Positions 50,642 through 62,599 of a stretch of 64,000 bases of DNA are shown in pieces. Below the pieces are notes generated by a model. It was not told the DNA's origin. It saw only the letters and a program-made list of their open reading frames with translations, and ran no database searches. Both the position numbers and the translations under genes were made by a program. Source of the DNA: Camelus ferus (lineage: Eukaryota); assembly GCF_009834535.1 (NCBI RefSeq), contig NC_045696.1, positions 50,718,001 through 50,782,000 on the forward strand, given 5' to 3'. Each line of letters starts with the position of its first letter. Within the stretch, counting starts at the first letter, position 1.

Positions 50642-51270
50642 ACTTAAACCATTTCCAAGGCGCCTAAAGGAAACATAAAGAAAACTCGTAGCGTGAGAGG
50701 AGGGGGAAACCCAACATTTTTGCAGATACTACCATAAGATTATGGCATATAGTTCAGAAAATGCCACAAATGTGCTAGGTCCCTAGGGGGTGAAACTCTG
50801 TTAAGTAGGTATTATCCACCACATGTTATGTATTAAGTACCACTCTGCTAGGCTGGGTAAATACTGTATAAGAGCAAGTTGAAAGCCATAAAAAAAAGTA
50901 ACAAGTGTCAATTCAGGACGCCCACTTTAGGGCAAATGAAGTAAATGATATTGGATGTTTTGACACCAAATTCAGGGAGCATGCTGGTCTCATTATTTAT
51001 ACCTAAATAACCTTACCTCTCTAGGGCCCAAGGCACTTCCCAAAATTGGTACGTATATAAATTCATGGCACCCAAGAGGGACAGTAAGGCTAGTCGCGCA
51101 GGCTCCTTGCAATGTACCAGTACTAGCTCAGTGTCCTCAGGGACCCCAGTGGGCCAGAAATGTTCCAAGATCAAGGCTTGTTTAAAAGCCAGCACTTGAT
51201 ATTCCTGAGAATAACTACCTTTACAGAATGTCCTTGATTCTGACAGAGCGTCTGCAGAAAAGGAACATAC

Positions 51271-51405
51271 CTGCTGGTTCTGTAGTGTATTCAGCTGAGA
51301 ATCAAGCTGCTTCTTTTCAATACATAAATCATTCATCTGATGAAGCTTTTTGGTGTGTTCTTTGGTCTTCATCATCAATTCCCATCGCATTTGAGCAATC
51401 TTTTC
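51271..51405 (-). CDS. CFAP44: CFAP44 exon ([45 protein letters not shown])
   Basis: AG and GTATGT boundaries, 135 nt, phase 0-0, coiled coil. Confidence 0.92.
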
Positions 51406-52570
51406 CTACCAGGGCAGGGAGATGCAAAATGGATTAAGTGAATGAGAGAGGAAATAGAGAAAAATGCATGTCTGGCTTTGATCCAAACCATCAAGCAAAC
51501 GGAGTGATAGGCATATAGGGAAACATAATAAGCCAATAATACAATCAAAAGCAACTGCATTGGGTCTGGTTTGATTAGAGAAAAGAACATTAAGTAGGAT
51601 GGAAGTAGATAAAAATAAGACAGACACAGATATCACTCCATTGTTGAGGCATGAAATTAGTACGTGTACAGAGTGCTGGTATTCGCTAATTAAAAGGGAG
51701 AAAGGTCCCTTAAGCAGGAAACTTTACTATATTGTTCTTTCCCTAGCCTTCCAGGATCCTCAAGGTGACCAGCTTGAATGGCCATACATCTGCCAGTGGC
51801 TTTCCTTTGTTCTCTTATTGCTCCAACAGATGATTTTAGATTGCACATGTTATCTCCAAAACTCCGATAGGGACCAAGTCCCATGGATGCGAACACTTAA
51901 ACAATTTGCGTCTTCCTGGTATAGTGCAAATCTTGTATAAGAAAAGATAAGATAGCACTAGGAACCTCTCCTCCTTCCCTTCCTGCCAGTAAGACAGAAA
52001 ACTGGAGAAGCCATAATGATGTGTGGGCTTATAAAATCAGGCTGTAACTGGGGCACTGCCTCATCTTATGGTTCCGAGAACAGCGTAGACATTTAACATT
52101 TTCTAAGACCCTGCCGGCTAAACAGTATATACCTTGTTATAAAATGTATTACTTAGAGATGTGTTGTACTTTCCAGATGGAAACAGCATGCAAAAGCTAT
52201 GTGGAATAATACAATCAGAAGTGACCTGCTATACTCTGAGGATCCTGACACCATCAGAGCATTTGTACATTGCTGTAGACCTCCAAGTGGAGTCTTTCTG
52301 TAATCTTTCATGCCACTTTGCCATGATATTTACATGAATCCTGGCCCCCAAACCTCAGTGCTGATGCTTTCATCCCAAGATAGACAAGTCCTTCCAACTA
52401 AGTGAACGGTAAGGAAACAGACAGGCTTCAGATCACGGGGGAGCCACATGAGGCTCATGGACCCAACTCCAGCAGTACAGATGCCTCGTGGGAAACACTT
52501 ACAGCTCACCAGGACTTCTTGCCTCCACCCATACTGACACAAAGTAGGTCACCTGCCCTCTCATCCTTAC

Positions 52571-52731
52571 CTCCCACATCTTCATCTCCTTTGCGTTTGC
52601 TAGCTCCTTTCGGAGTTTTTTAATCTTCAGTTCTTCAAGTGTCATATTCACAGAAAGTGTCTGAAGGGCTTCTAGGTTTATCACACGGCCAAACTTGCTG
52701 ATCATTAGTTGACTAACTGTTTCTTCCATTT
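52571..52731 (-). CDS. CFAP44: CFAP44 exon ([23 protein letters not shown]...KEMKMWE)
   Basis: AG and GTAAG boundaries, 161 nt, phase 1-0. Confidence 0.92.
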
Positions 52732-55089
52732 CTAAAAGAAGACAGTCCCTGTCAGGTTGCTCAGCAGCTCCCACTGTTGTTCAATGAACAATCCCAACAC
52801 CAATGCCATTCTAGGGAAGAGCTTTTGCAAGAAGATGGGAAAGATTTGTTACCAGCTGGTCTTTCCTCTGTTACTTTTCAGAGAAAACCTACTATTTTCT
52901 TACTTAAAATGCACATGACTTACTGTCTTCTCATCTGCTTCAGATTCCTATGAAATTCCTTCAAATTCCTGCGTGCAGTGGACTCATCCTTCCCCACTGG
53001 CTTAGACACTCTGATCTGCCTCTCCTCAGACTATCAATAGGCCCCAGCTGGGTTATGGACTCTTGAGTTCTTAATTTCTTTGGTTACTGATCTCTACGAC
53101 ATCTTGTGTTAAGAATAGAACAGCACTTAACAGAGGTTTCCATCTTACTGCAAGTGAAAATATTAAAATCTTTGCGGTGGTTCAGAAGGTCCTACCTGGT
53201 CTGGCCTGCTCTGCCCCTATTCTCTGCCACCTCCTTCCCACACCTTTCTCCTCACTTACACCTTTTTGCTTCTCAAGCATTCCAGGCTCACTCCAGTATT
53301 CTCATCTGGAATTCTCTGCAATTCCACTGTCTGGAATTCTCTTCCCCAGTTGGCCACATGGTTCACTCCACACAGCCCATTTTCTGAAAACAAATTGTGA
53401 GACTGATAAAAAGACTCATTTCCAAAACATTCATTTCTGATGGTGTAACCAAGAGCAGGTCCTTGTCCTTGAACCAGGGAGGACTACATCTTAGCAAGTC
53501 TGTCACTTTTCCAGGGAGCTCTTCCCTGGCCTCCTACAGACCTCAGCACTCTTTCCCAGTCCCCTTTAAATTTTCTCTTAACAATTATCTACAGCTAACA
53601 TGCAATATATTGTACTTTTGTTTATTGTCTTTCCTCAATATGCCAACAGTGGGACACCTGGAGAAAATTCCATCTATGGAGTTTGAGCTCCCCAAGAAGA
53701 TGTAATCTTGTTACAAGTTTCTCTCAGTCACCAGAGTCCCATAAGTGAAGTCTGAAGGTCCTAAGGTATAAAAAAGATGATGTAATTCTGTTATGGTACA
53801 GAAATTTGTATTCAGGTATAACCGTTATGGCTGAATAATAATGGTACAATTGGCATGGCTGCCATTCTGCACAATCCAGGGAGGGCTTTTCATTTCTGTT
53901 CTTTGTGTGTGGTGCCTCCATGCTTTTGTGGAATGTTGGTGGCCATGATAATCAGTGACACAAGTGAAACGGTGATTGGATTATCTGCACGTATGTGGCT
54001 AGCCTGTAGCTGCCTGCTTGGCCTCCCTCGGTAAGAACCTTGACTTCCCCCAGCTAGTCCCATATGAGGGGGTGCCCTCTACCTGACAGCCCCACGTACT
54101 AGGACAGGTACTCTGGTCCTTGCCCTTCCCACTTTGCAGCCAGCCTAATACGCTTCTCTTGACTTGACTGGGCTGGTTAGTGTTCACTGGGGACACACAG
54201 GCTTCTGGAACACTCACCATCCTACACTCCCATGGCTGCAAGCTGTGCCCTCCTTGACGGAGAGAACTTACCTTCCCACCCCTATGCTCTAGACTCTCTT
54301 CTTTCCCACTGGGTCTGGGGGTGGGGAACAACAAGTGACTGCAGGGTTTCTCATCACTGTTAAGCCTTTGTTCTCTGAGTTACAGGAAAGGAACCCTCTC
54401 CTAGGTTCACCTTCAGAATTAGGAAATGAGTCTCTAACCAGACTCACAACACACTTTCAGAAAATGAACTGGGGTTGGGAGAACTGAAAGTCATTGAATA
54501 AAGCTTGCACCACATAGAACTATTTTTAATTTCAACTAACATTCCAAAATTTGAACACTTCATTTCATCCTCTTCACACATTTTTCCAAACTGAGAGTTT
54601 ACTCAAATGGAAATAAGCTTCTTTCTTCATTTTCATACGAGTTTGCTCCTTGGTTTGACGAGTAATATTTCCAAACATAAACAACAGTCAGGCTACAGAA
54701 GCCAAAGGAATGTGAAATACGTGAGAAAGACTGGAGCCTCAGGCTTGTACCTGAGATAACTCCGCCTCAAATAAGTGTTATTCAAACATAGAGTTGCAAC
54801 ATGTATTTTTAAATTGTATAATCCAGCCACCCATGAGGGCAGAACCATCAGCACTCATTGGAAACTGGCCTCTACAAATCTAAGCAACTTGGACTGACCA
54901 ACCACTACAGTCTTCCCATTTTTTTCTTTCAAATTTTCTTTTAAAAATATTAGTTTTTAATTGTGGTAAAATATACATATGAAAATCTGCCATTTTAGTC
55001 TTTTTACAGTGTACAGTTCTATAGCATTAAGGTAGATGCTATACAGTACAGGTAATATTATTGTTATTAAAGCTAGAATACTTCATCAC

Positions 55090-56345
55090 TTACACATATG
55101 TTCCATATATCAAATATTCAAAAGGTGTTTTAAAAGAACTGTCTTCATGCTATACATCTTACACTATAAACCTCAATTCCAGGTGAATTATGAACATAAA
55201 TATGAGAAGCACTACTAATAGAGGAAACAATAAAAAAAATCTTTATGACCTCAAAATCAGAAAGGATTTCTTAGGACACACACACACAAAATGCACAAAC
55301 TATAACCAGATTGAGAAAATAAACTATATTAAGGTTTAAAACGTCTGCATCCCAAAAAGATACACTAAATATAGAAGAAAGGGAAGACACATACTAGAAA
55401 AGATTTGAAATGCATTAATGGAAAGAGAAAGACAGATAATAGAAAAGAACTCTACAATCAATAAGAAAAATAAAAAAGCAGGAGTAAAAAATTGGGCAAA
55501 GTATATGACAGGGAATTTTCAGGAAAGGAAACATGAATAAATGACTAATGAATGTACATGAAGATGTTCAACCTCAAGGAATCAACGAAATGGAGAAAAA
55601 TCACAGTGAAATACAATTTTAACACCTACCAGGTTGGCAGAAATACTAAAGCCTAGTGGTGCTGAGTGTTGTTGAGACTGTGGACCTCGGCATACCTGGT
55701 ATCTATCGCATAAGGATGGAACAGACATTTCAGGGTTGGCATGTTAAGCAAACTGGCATGTAAAGCGAGCAGGGAGAGAAAACAGCACAGCCGCTCTGGA
55801 GGGCAACTTAACCTTGTTCCAGGAGAGGAAACGCATACAACCCGCTCTCACCCAGAGACCCCAGTGCTGGGGACTCACCCCCTCCCGCACACGCACAGGG
55901 AGACGTGCACAAGAAGGCCCACTGTGACACTGTCTACAATCCTGAAAAATTAGAATTACCCTAAACATCCATCAACAGGAGACCACAGAGATCAACTCTT
56001 TTATCGTCCTACAACGGAATACTGTGGTAGCAGTTAAAATGAATAAATTAATTATCTGTAGCAATATGGGTCACTCTCAAAAACTGGTTTAATAAAGTGA
56101 ACTGCAAAATGATGTGAATAATATTACAGTTAAAAACATGCAAAGGCATTTCATATACTGTGTGTGGATGCGGCCATCCATACACAGACATGCGTGCTCG
56201 TAGTGGTGGACCCTGGGGAAGGAGACAGCGGAACAAGATTGGAAGGAGACGGGCCTTCAGTTGTATCTTCAATGTTTTATTTCTTAAGCCTGGTAGTAGG
56301 TACACAGGTGACTGTTATATGATTCTATATTTTATTATAAATAAA
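55090..56345 (+). mobile_element. Old L1 (L1M-type) ORF2 end and 3'UTR relic
   Basis: A-rich; aaagaactctacaatcaataagaaaa...aaattgggcaaag...gaagatgttcaacctca...cctaaacatccatcaacagga. Confidence 0.75.
55691..55755 (+). repeat. 65-bp dispersed direct repeat, copy 1 (copy 2 at 57006-57070)
   Basis: 62/65 identity by manual alignment. Confidence 0.92.
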
Positions 56346-56585
56346 ACCTTTAACAATTACTAGAAATTGTTTCTGTGACAAAAGACCTATATCCTTTTAA
56401 AATAGAAGAGCGGCCCTTTGATAGAATCAGGAGAGACAGTAAGTAGGAAGCTGAGACGGTGCATTTCCTCTCAGTGGTTCTGATTCTGTGATTACTTACT
56501 CTTTCCAAAGTTGGAGATGGTTGCTGGATCGTTCCCTCTCTAATCAATAAATATTACTAGGTAATCCAGGGGCTTGGTTACTCAC

Positions 56586-56787
56586 TCTGAATAGTTTTTG
56601 CCATCTCTCTCTTTTCTCGGATGAGCTGTTTACGCCTCTCCCGGCATTCTCTGTTCAATTTTTGCTGCTTGGCATTCTCCTCCTGGAGGTGTACGATTCG
56701 CTCTTGCAGCCGTCCCAAGGAGCGGTTAGAAAAGACTAACGTTCCGGAAAGATCACTAGGGATTTCTCCAAACACCACGTGCTCTAT
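56586..56787 (-). CDS. CFAP44: CFAP44 exon ([22 protein letters not shown]...REMAKTIQ)
   Basis: AG and GTGAG boundaries, 202 nt, phase 0-1. Confidence 0.92.
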
Positions 56788-57552
56788 CTGCAGAAACAAA
56801 ACCAAGCCCAAACCCAAACAGACAAAGATCAAACTAAACGTTAAACTCACAGAAAGCATAAGGGAAGCACTTCTTACTCTGCCCCTTGTTTAGGTCACGA
56901 CCTTTGGCCTTCTAACTCTCACCCGAGTAAGGTAAAAGCAGGAAGCTTCTTTCAAAAGAAGCCACATTATATTCCCCTGGGGACAGCAAATCTTCCCACG
57001 TAGACCATGCCTGGTATCTACCGCATAAGGATGGAACAGACATGTCAGGGTTGGCATGTTAAGCAAACTGCTAAAGATAGCTAATCCAGGTTGGGTCAGG
57101 TTCTACAAACTGATATGTAAGGCTGAACTTAGGTTTTTCTTCTAAAATACCGCTTTGTCTCTACCTGACCAAATACAATACAGTTGGCCTTCACTGGTAC
57201 GTATCTCGGCATTTTAATGTAAGTTGTAGTTCATGTGAAACAGAGAAATGGACAAAGAGAAGAAAAAAAGAGAAAGAATATTTTCCTTTTATCTTAACTT
57301 CCCTCATTAACAAATAGAGATTAAGAGAAGGTAATGCTTGCATCTTTAGTTCATGTCTATTTAAAGATGGTGTGAAAGTGACATGTGACCAAGAGCCAAG
57401 ATTTCAAACTCCAAGCCATTCCTTTAAGCCACAGGCTCGTTTCTTCAGACTTGAGGTGATTCAACTTTCAAAGTGATAATGGGCCCCAGGGAAATAGACA
57501 TGCTTTGATATTACTCTTTCATAACAATCTCAGAAGGAAAAGTTGGGGTGTT

Positions 57553-57673
57553 GGGGGGAGGGTATAGCCCACTGGTAGAGTGCATGCTTAGCATGAACGA
57601 GGTCCCAGGTTCAATCCCCAATAGCTCCATTCAATGAATAATAATTGAAATAAATAAAATTTATTTTAAAAAA
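57553..57673 (+). mobile_element. vic-1-like SINE
   Basis: ggggagggtatagcccactggtagagtgcatgcttagcatg...ggttcaatcccc followed by an AT-rich tail. Confidence 0.85.
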
Positions 57674-57811
57674 ATGTTGGGGCATCACTCTACAGGTAGA
57701 ATTCTCAGCACAGGACTGCACTTCTCCCCACTTGTGGCCCATGAATCTTTCCCTGGAAAGCCTGGGTATGGTGGCTTAGATGGGGCGGGGCAACCCGTGC
57801 AGACCCCTCAC

Positions 57812-57928
57812 CTGGTGGAGCTTGAGTGGAATCACGACCAGTAGTTCATTCAGCCGCTGCTGCTTCTCGCGTTGATAAGCCTCCAGGGCCTCCTCTGCTG
57901 CGTTCAGATTAGTTGCCACGATTTTCAC
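57812..57928 (-). CDS. CFAP44: CFAP44 exon ([39 protein letters not shown])
   Basis: AG and GTGAG boundaries, 117 nt, translated by hand. Confidence 0.92.
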
Positions 57929-58956
57929 CTGTGGAAAAGCCCCGTGTGTGAGATGTCAACAAGATTCAGTGAATACATACCCAGGGTGGTAAATGAAGCC
58001 ATTTGGGAGGAAGCCAGAGCATGACGGAGTCTGCCGTGTTGGGCTGTGATTAAATGGATGATCAGTTTGCAGCCCAGGAATGTGTGTTACTCCCTTCCAG
58101 CTAAGTCAGGATCCACAGCATTTTTTCAGTCGTTCCTGTGACCCCAGAGCTGTAGAGGTTTTTGTGAATGAAAGCTCAGAAGACATGTCCCACCCTGGAA
58201 TGGTTCAGATCTCATTGGGTCATAATAAGCGCAATAAGTTAGAGGAGAAAGCCTTTTAAAGTGATGAAACTACTCACTATAGTATTTCTAAAGCACATGC
58301 TTCATCTCCTACGAAACTTGAAAATCTTCTAAATCATATCCTTTTTGCAAGAGGAGAAGCAATCTATCAAAAATATTTCTGAGTATGAGTCAAGTTAAGT
58401 GATGTTGCTCTAGGAAAGAGTGCCTAAGAGGAAAACTGAGCAGATATAGCAGAAATCAATCAATATAATTACACAGAAAGTTTAGCTTAGTGGTCTCTGA
58501 CATGGCACACACGTGCCCCCAGCATGTCAAAGTGATCTGCTGGGGTCCAGAAAGAAAATAGAGTTTCGATTTTATTTATTTTTATCTTATTCTTTTTCAT
58601 TTCCATTTTGGCAAATGTGTCATAATATACAAAATACATTAGAACAATCGTTTGCAAATATAATCTATAAATAAATGTACATTTATTGTAGGTATATGTG
58701 CTCCACAATTTTTTAACTTATAGAAGTATGTAATCAAAAAATTTTTGAGGGTCAATGATTTAGCTAAAGAAAGTTTCAACCATCAAAAAAGCAATGGCCC
58801 CCACCACAACTGTAAATGGATGTAACATTGGAGGAGTCTCTTCTCTTACGAGAAGTCCTAACTCATGTCACGGCTACGAAATAGCAATGTTAGAGCTAGA
58901 AGGAGGTGGCGCTGGGGGAGAGGATAAACAGAACTGAAGAAGGCAGACCAACATAC

Positions 58957-59087
58957 TTTTTTGGACAATGTATCATATTCCTTTTTGAGGTTATCAATAA
59001 TTTTCTTTTCTTCAACTAAGGCCTCTTCAATGTCCAGCCTTTTCTCTCGAAGTTGAATGGCCAGTTCAAAGAGACCCATGTCACAAT
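58957..59087 (-). CDS. CFAP44: CFAP44 exon ([43 protein letters not shown])
   Basis: AG and GTATGT boundaries, 131 nt, phase 1-0. Confidence 0.92.
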
Positions 59088-59121
59088 CTGAAATGACAGT
59101 CAAAATAAAAAAGTAGCCCGT

Positions 59122-59298
59122 GGGGGAGGGGATAGCTCAGTGGAATTGTGCATGCTTAGCACACACGAGGTCCTGGGCTCAATCCCTACTACCTCCATTA
59201 AATAAACAAACAAACAAACTGACTTACCCCCCAAAAGAAAATCACATCTTCAGGAAAAAAATTAAATAAATAAAAATTTGGAAAAATTAAAAAAAATT
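59122..59298 (+). mobile_element. vic-1-like SINE with a long tail
   Basis: gggggaggggatagctcagtgg...gggctcaatccc; TSD aaaaagtagccc / aaaaagcagccc. Confidence 0.85.
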
Positions 59299-59685
59299 AA
59301 AAAGCAGCCCCACTTGTTGGGGAATGTAGTAATATTGTAAGTGTGGACTTTGGAGCTTTAGAATTACTAATGACGATTTGTGGATCTTCTCTAGCAAGGT
59401 TCCATTACACTTAGGGCTCCAGGGAGAAATGACTCCAGGTAGAAATTAATGGTGTTAATAAGCATGGTAGTACTTATAATACTAGCATGGATGTTTTGAG
59501 CAGTCCTTGGTGCTAGCCCTTTTATGTACATTATCTCATTCAAGAGATCCAGCCCCTGTGATGTAGAAACTATTGTTTCCATTTTATAGGTGACAACTGT
59601 TAAGTCTCAGGTCACATGCTGATATGTGATAGAATGAGATTCAATACAGTATCTCTATATTAATTTCCACTATTATCACACTAAC

Positions 59686-60100
59686 TGTAGGCCCCCAACT
59701 GTGGGAACAAAGTAACGAGCCTTGGGCCAGAATGGTAAACAAGTTATAAAAAGCTGCAGACTCAGAGGTGAGAAGGCTGGTTAGCCAAGGACGGGTAAGA
59801 TCCCCAGAGGGTGGCAACCTAAGACAGGCAAAGCCGCCTGAGTCCAAGAAGAGTATTGTGAAGCAGCCGTTTCTCATACATTCCGCCCTGATAAGCTGTA
59901 AGGCTCGCTAGTGCCGACACGGACATGATTTACCAAAACATAAAGGGTCTTCAGACCTTGAGCCAGACACTGCCTGTTAACCATTTCCCTTGTCATTCTT
60001 CTTTTCTATATAAGACTGTGCAACGTAATAAAGCTTCAGAGTAGCCATCAGCTCTCTCCGCATACGGTGTGTATGTGTACATGGTATCATGACACTGACA
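59686..60100 (+). mobile_element. Solo LTR, family not recognised
   Basis: TGT...ACA termini, flanks ctaac / ctaat, TATATAA at 60007-60013, AATAAA at 60027-60032. Confidence 0.65.
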
Positions 60101-60649
60101 CTAATAGCCACATTTATCCACCAAGTAATTGATCAAGAATGTGAAAATATAACAGTATTACCACTGAACTTAGAACTTAGGTCTAGCCCCAGTTCTACCA
60201 CTAAATTAACTGTGAGCCTTTGTTCAAGCCATTCAATCCTGCTATAAAATAACAAGTCGCATTACAAGATTTTTTAGCTCTCTTCTACTCATAAATATGA
60301 TTTTAAGGAGACTCTTATTTTCCAAATCAAAACAAGATTTAAGTATTATTTGACATTAAGCTTTAAAATTTGATTTATAATTTATATAAAATATCTAGGA
60401 AGATCATTTGAGATCAAAAAGAAATAGTTTGGTTTTTTTTTTCCTACTGAATCATTCGTCTATTGAGACTGTAAGGATATTGGTCTGGACTGTAAGAATA
60501 CTGGACCATAAGGATATTTCAGACTGGTATCACCAGTGAAAACAGTGAATATAAGCTGCCAAGCACCTCCAAGAAACTGGTAAAAATTGCCCTTACAAAA
60601 CAGGTTTGAAATATGAAAACTGAATGATTTGGCAAAAAGGGAGTGCTTT

Positions 60650-60760
60650 ATGTATATATGCACACAACATACACACATATATACATACACATACATATAT
60701 ACACACATATACATATAAACACACGTATTTTATACACACACACACATATATATATACATC
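60650..60760. repeat. Compound (TA)/(CA) microsatellite
   Basis: atatatacatacacatacatatatacacac... Confidence 0.9.
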
Positions 60761-61053
60761 TTCTGTTTCTCTAATAAAGTGAAACTTTGGTGCATAATTT
60801 ATGACTCTGAACTGACTATAGCTTGTCTGCAGGTTATTTAATTTGGCACTCACAAATGGTTGCCTCAAGAAACAGGAAATAAATGGTCCAGAGAGGCTCC
60901 AAAAGTATTCATGAGACTGTACATCATTCCTATTAAACCGTCCTTTCCTTACATTTTATTATGAGACAAGTAAGAAACCAAGAAAATGACCTTTTAGGTA
61001 TTGTCAGTCCATATTCACACTTCACAGAGAATGCCTGGTTTTATCCAACTTAC

Positions 61054-61164
61054 GTGTTGGGCAGATAGAATCATCAAAAACCTCATCTTCAGATACAGAC
61101 TCATCCTCGTCACTCTCCAAGCCGGATTCTTCTTCACTTGACTCATCACTTTCCTCATCTTCAT
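61054..61164 (-). CDS. CFAP44: CFAP44 exon, acidic tract ([36 protein letters not shown])
   Basis: AG and GTAAG boundaries, 111 nt, phase 1-1, joins in frame to the next exon. Confidence 0.9.
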
Positions 61165-61634
61165 CTAAGGAGAGAGGGAAATATTGTTAATAAGCAGAGG
61201 CATTCCTCTGCCAAGCTAAGTCCCAGATATTAAAAATAAATTATTTTTCAATGAGTTTGTCTCTAGGGAAGAAACAAAGATTAAGCAGGAAATTACTCAA
61301 TATTTTTTAAAAGAATTTAAAATGGTTAGGAACTCAGAGACTATGAACTCAAATGCCTGCAGAAGGTCGTGCAATTAATTTCAAGGCTTTAAGTCAGAGG
61401 GTTGAGACCAAGCTGCCAAGCTGCCTATGCTGTGCCCCACCTAACACACACTTGGTTATGTTATGTAGTCCACAATTCCTACATCACAGGGATCTGAAAA
61501 CAGATTTTCATGACTGGTAATGCTATTTATAATCTTTATTTAACCTACTTACTGTGAATATTCATGTCTTGCTGCAGAAGTATTAAGATGTTTGATTTAC
61601 AGATTCTACACCAAACCCTGCTGGTGGTGTTAGT

Positions 61635-62096
61635 TTAGAAAGACTCTCTCCTTTGGCCAAACTTGAGTCAGGCTCTTTCTAACTGGAAAGTGTACTCTTT
61701 CTAACTAGGCCTTGACCTTGGGCTCTGTCCTTGGCCCATTCAGTCCAGTTTTAGCACGAATCCTGCTAAATCAGTTTAGTTAAAATCCCCACCTTTGATA
61801 TCTGATCAAATCTCTTATTCTCTGCCTTCAGTGTCATATCACCCTGGCTTACCTTCAGCAAAGGGTGTTTCCTGTTAGGTCAGTTTAGCACAGAATTACA
61901 CTACCTCTTAATAATTTTCCATCCACTGCCCCCCACCTTGCTCCTCAACTATAAATCTCCACTTATCCTTGTTGTATTCAGAGCTGAACTGATTGATCTC
62001 TCTCCCCTCCTACAAAATCCCATTAGAGTGGTCCCCTTGAATAAAGCCTGCCTTATTGTTCTTTAACAAGTATCATGAATTTTTTTTTCCTTAACA
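61635..62096 (+). mobile_element. MER31-like ERV1 solo LTR
   Basis: aaagactctctcctttggccaaacttgagtcaggctc...gatatctgatcaaa...ctataaatc...ttgaataaag...ttaaca. Confidence 0.75.
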
Positions 62097-62211
62097 ATGA
62101 CATATGTAATATCTTTTATAAAATATAAAAAATTGTGAATGCTAAAATACATCTGCCCCCATTAGTTTTGGATAAGGAATTGCAGACCTCCCCCACTCAA
62201 CTCTGCCCCAC

Positions 62212-62409
62212 TTTTTTTCTATCGTAGTACAGTCAGTTTACAATGTTGTGTCAATTTCTGGTGTACAGCACAATGCTTCAGACATACATATACATATATA
62301 TTCACTTTCATATTCTTTTTCATTATAGGTTACTACAAGATATTGAATATAGTTCCCTGTGCTATACAGAAGAAACTTCTTGTATATCTACTTTATATAC
62401 AGTAGCTAG
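62212..62409 (-). mobile_element. L1 3'-end fragment, related to but more diverged than the copies at 7048 and 21708
   Basis: tttacaatgttgtgtcaatttctggtgtacagc...tattgaatatagttccctgtgctatacag. Confidence 0.8.
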
Positions 62410-62599
62410 TCTCATTTTCTTTTAAAATAACTTGAGTCCATCTATGAACCATAGATTACCGATTGGCAATTTTCTATTTTATGGAACAGCAAATTAGAGA
62501 TAAGAAGTGGACCTCATGCTCTCTAGAAGACTTTTTAAATTTAAGATGTCTCTTAAAATTACTTTAAGTGATCTGTACCACCTTATGAAATAAACTTGT

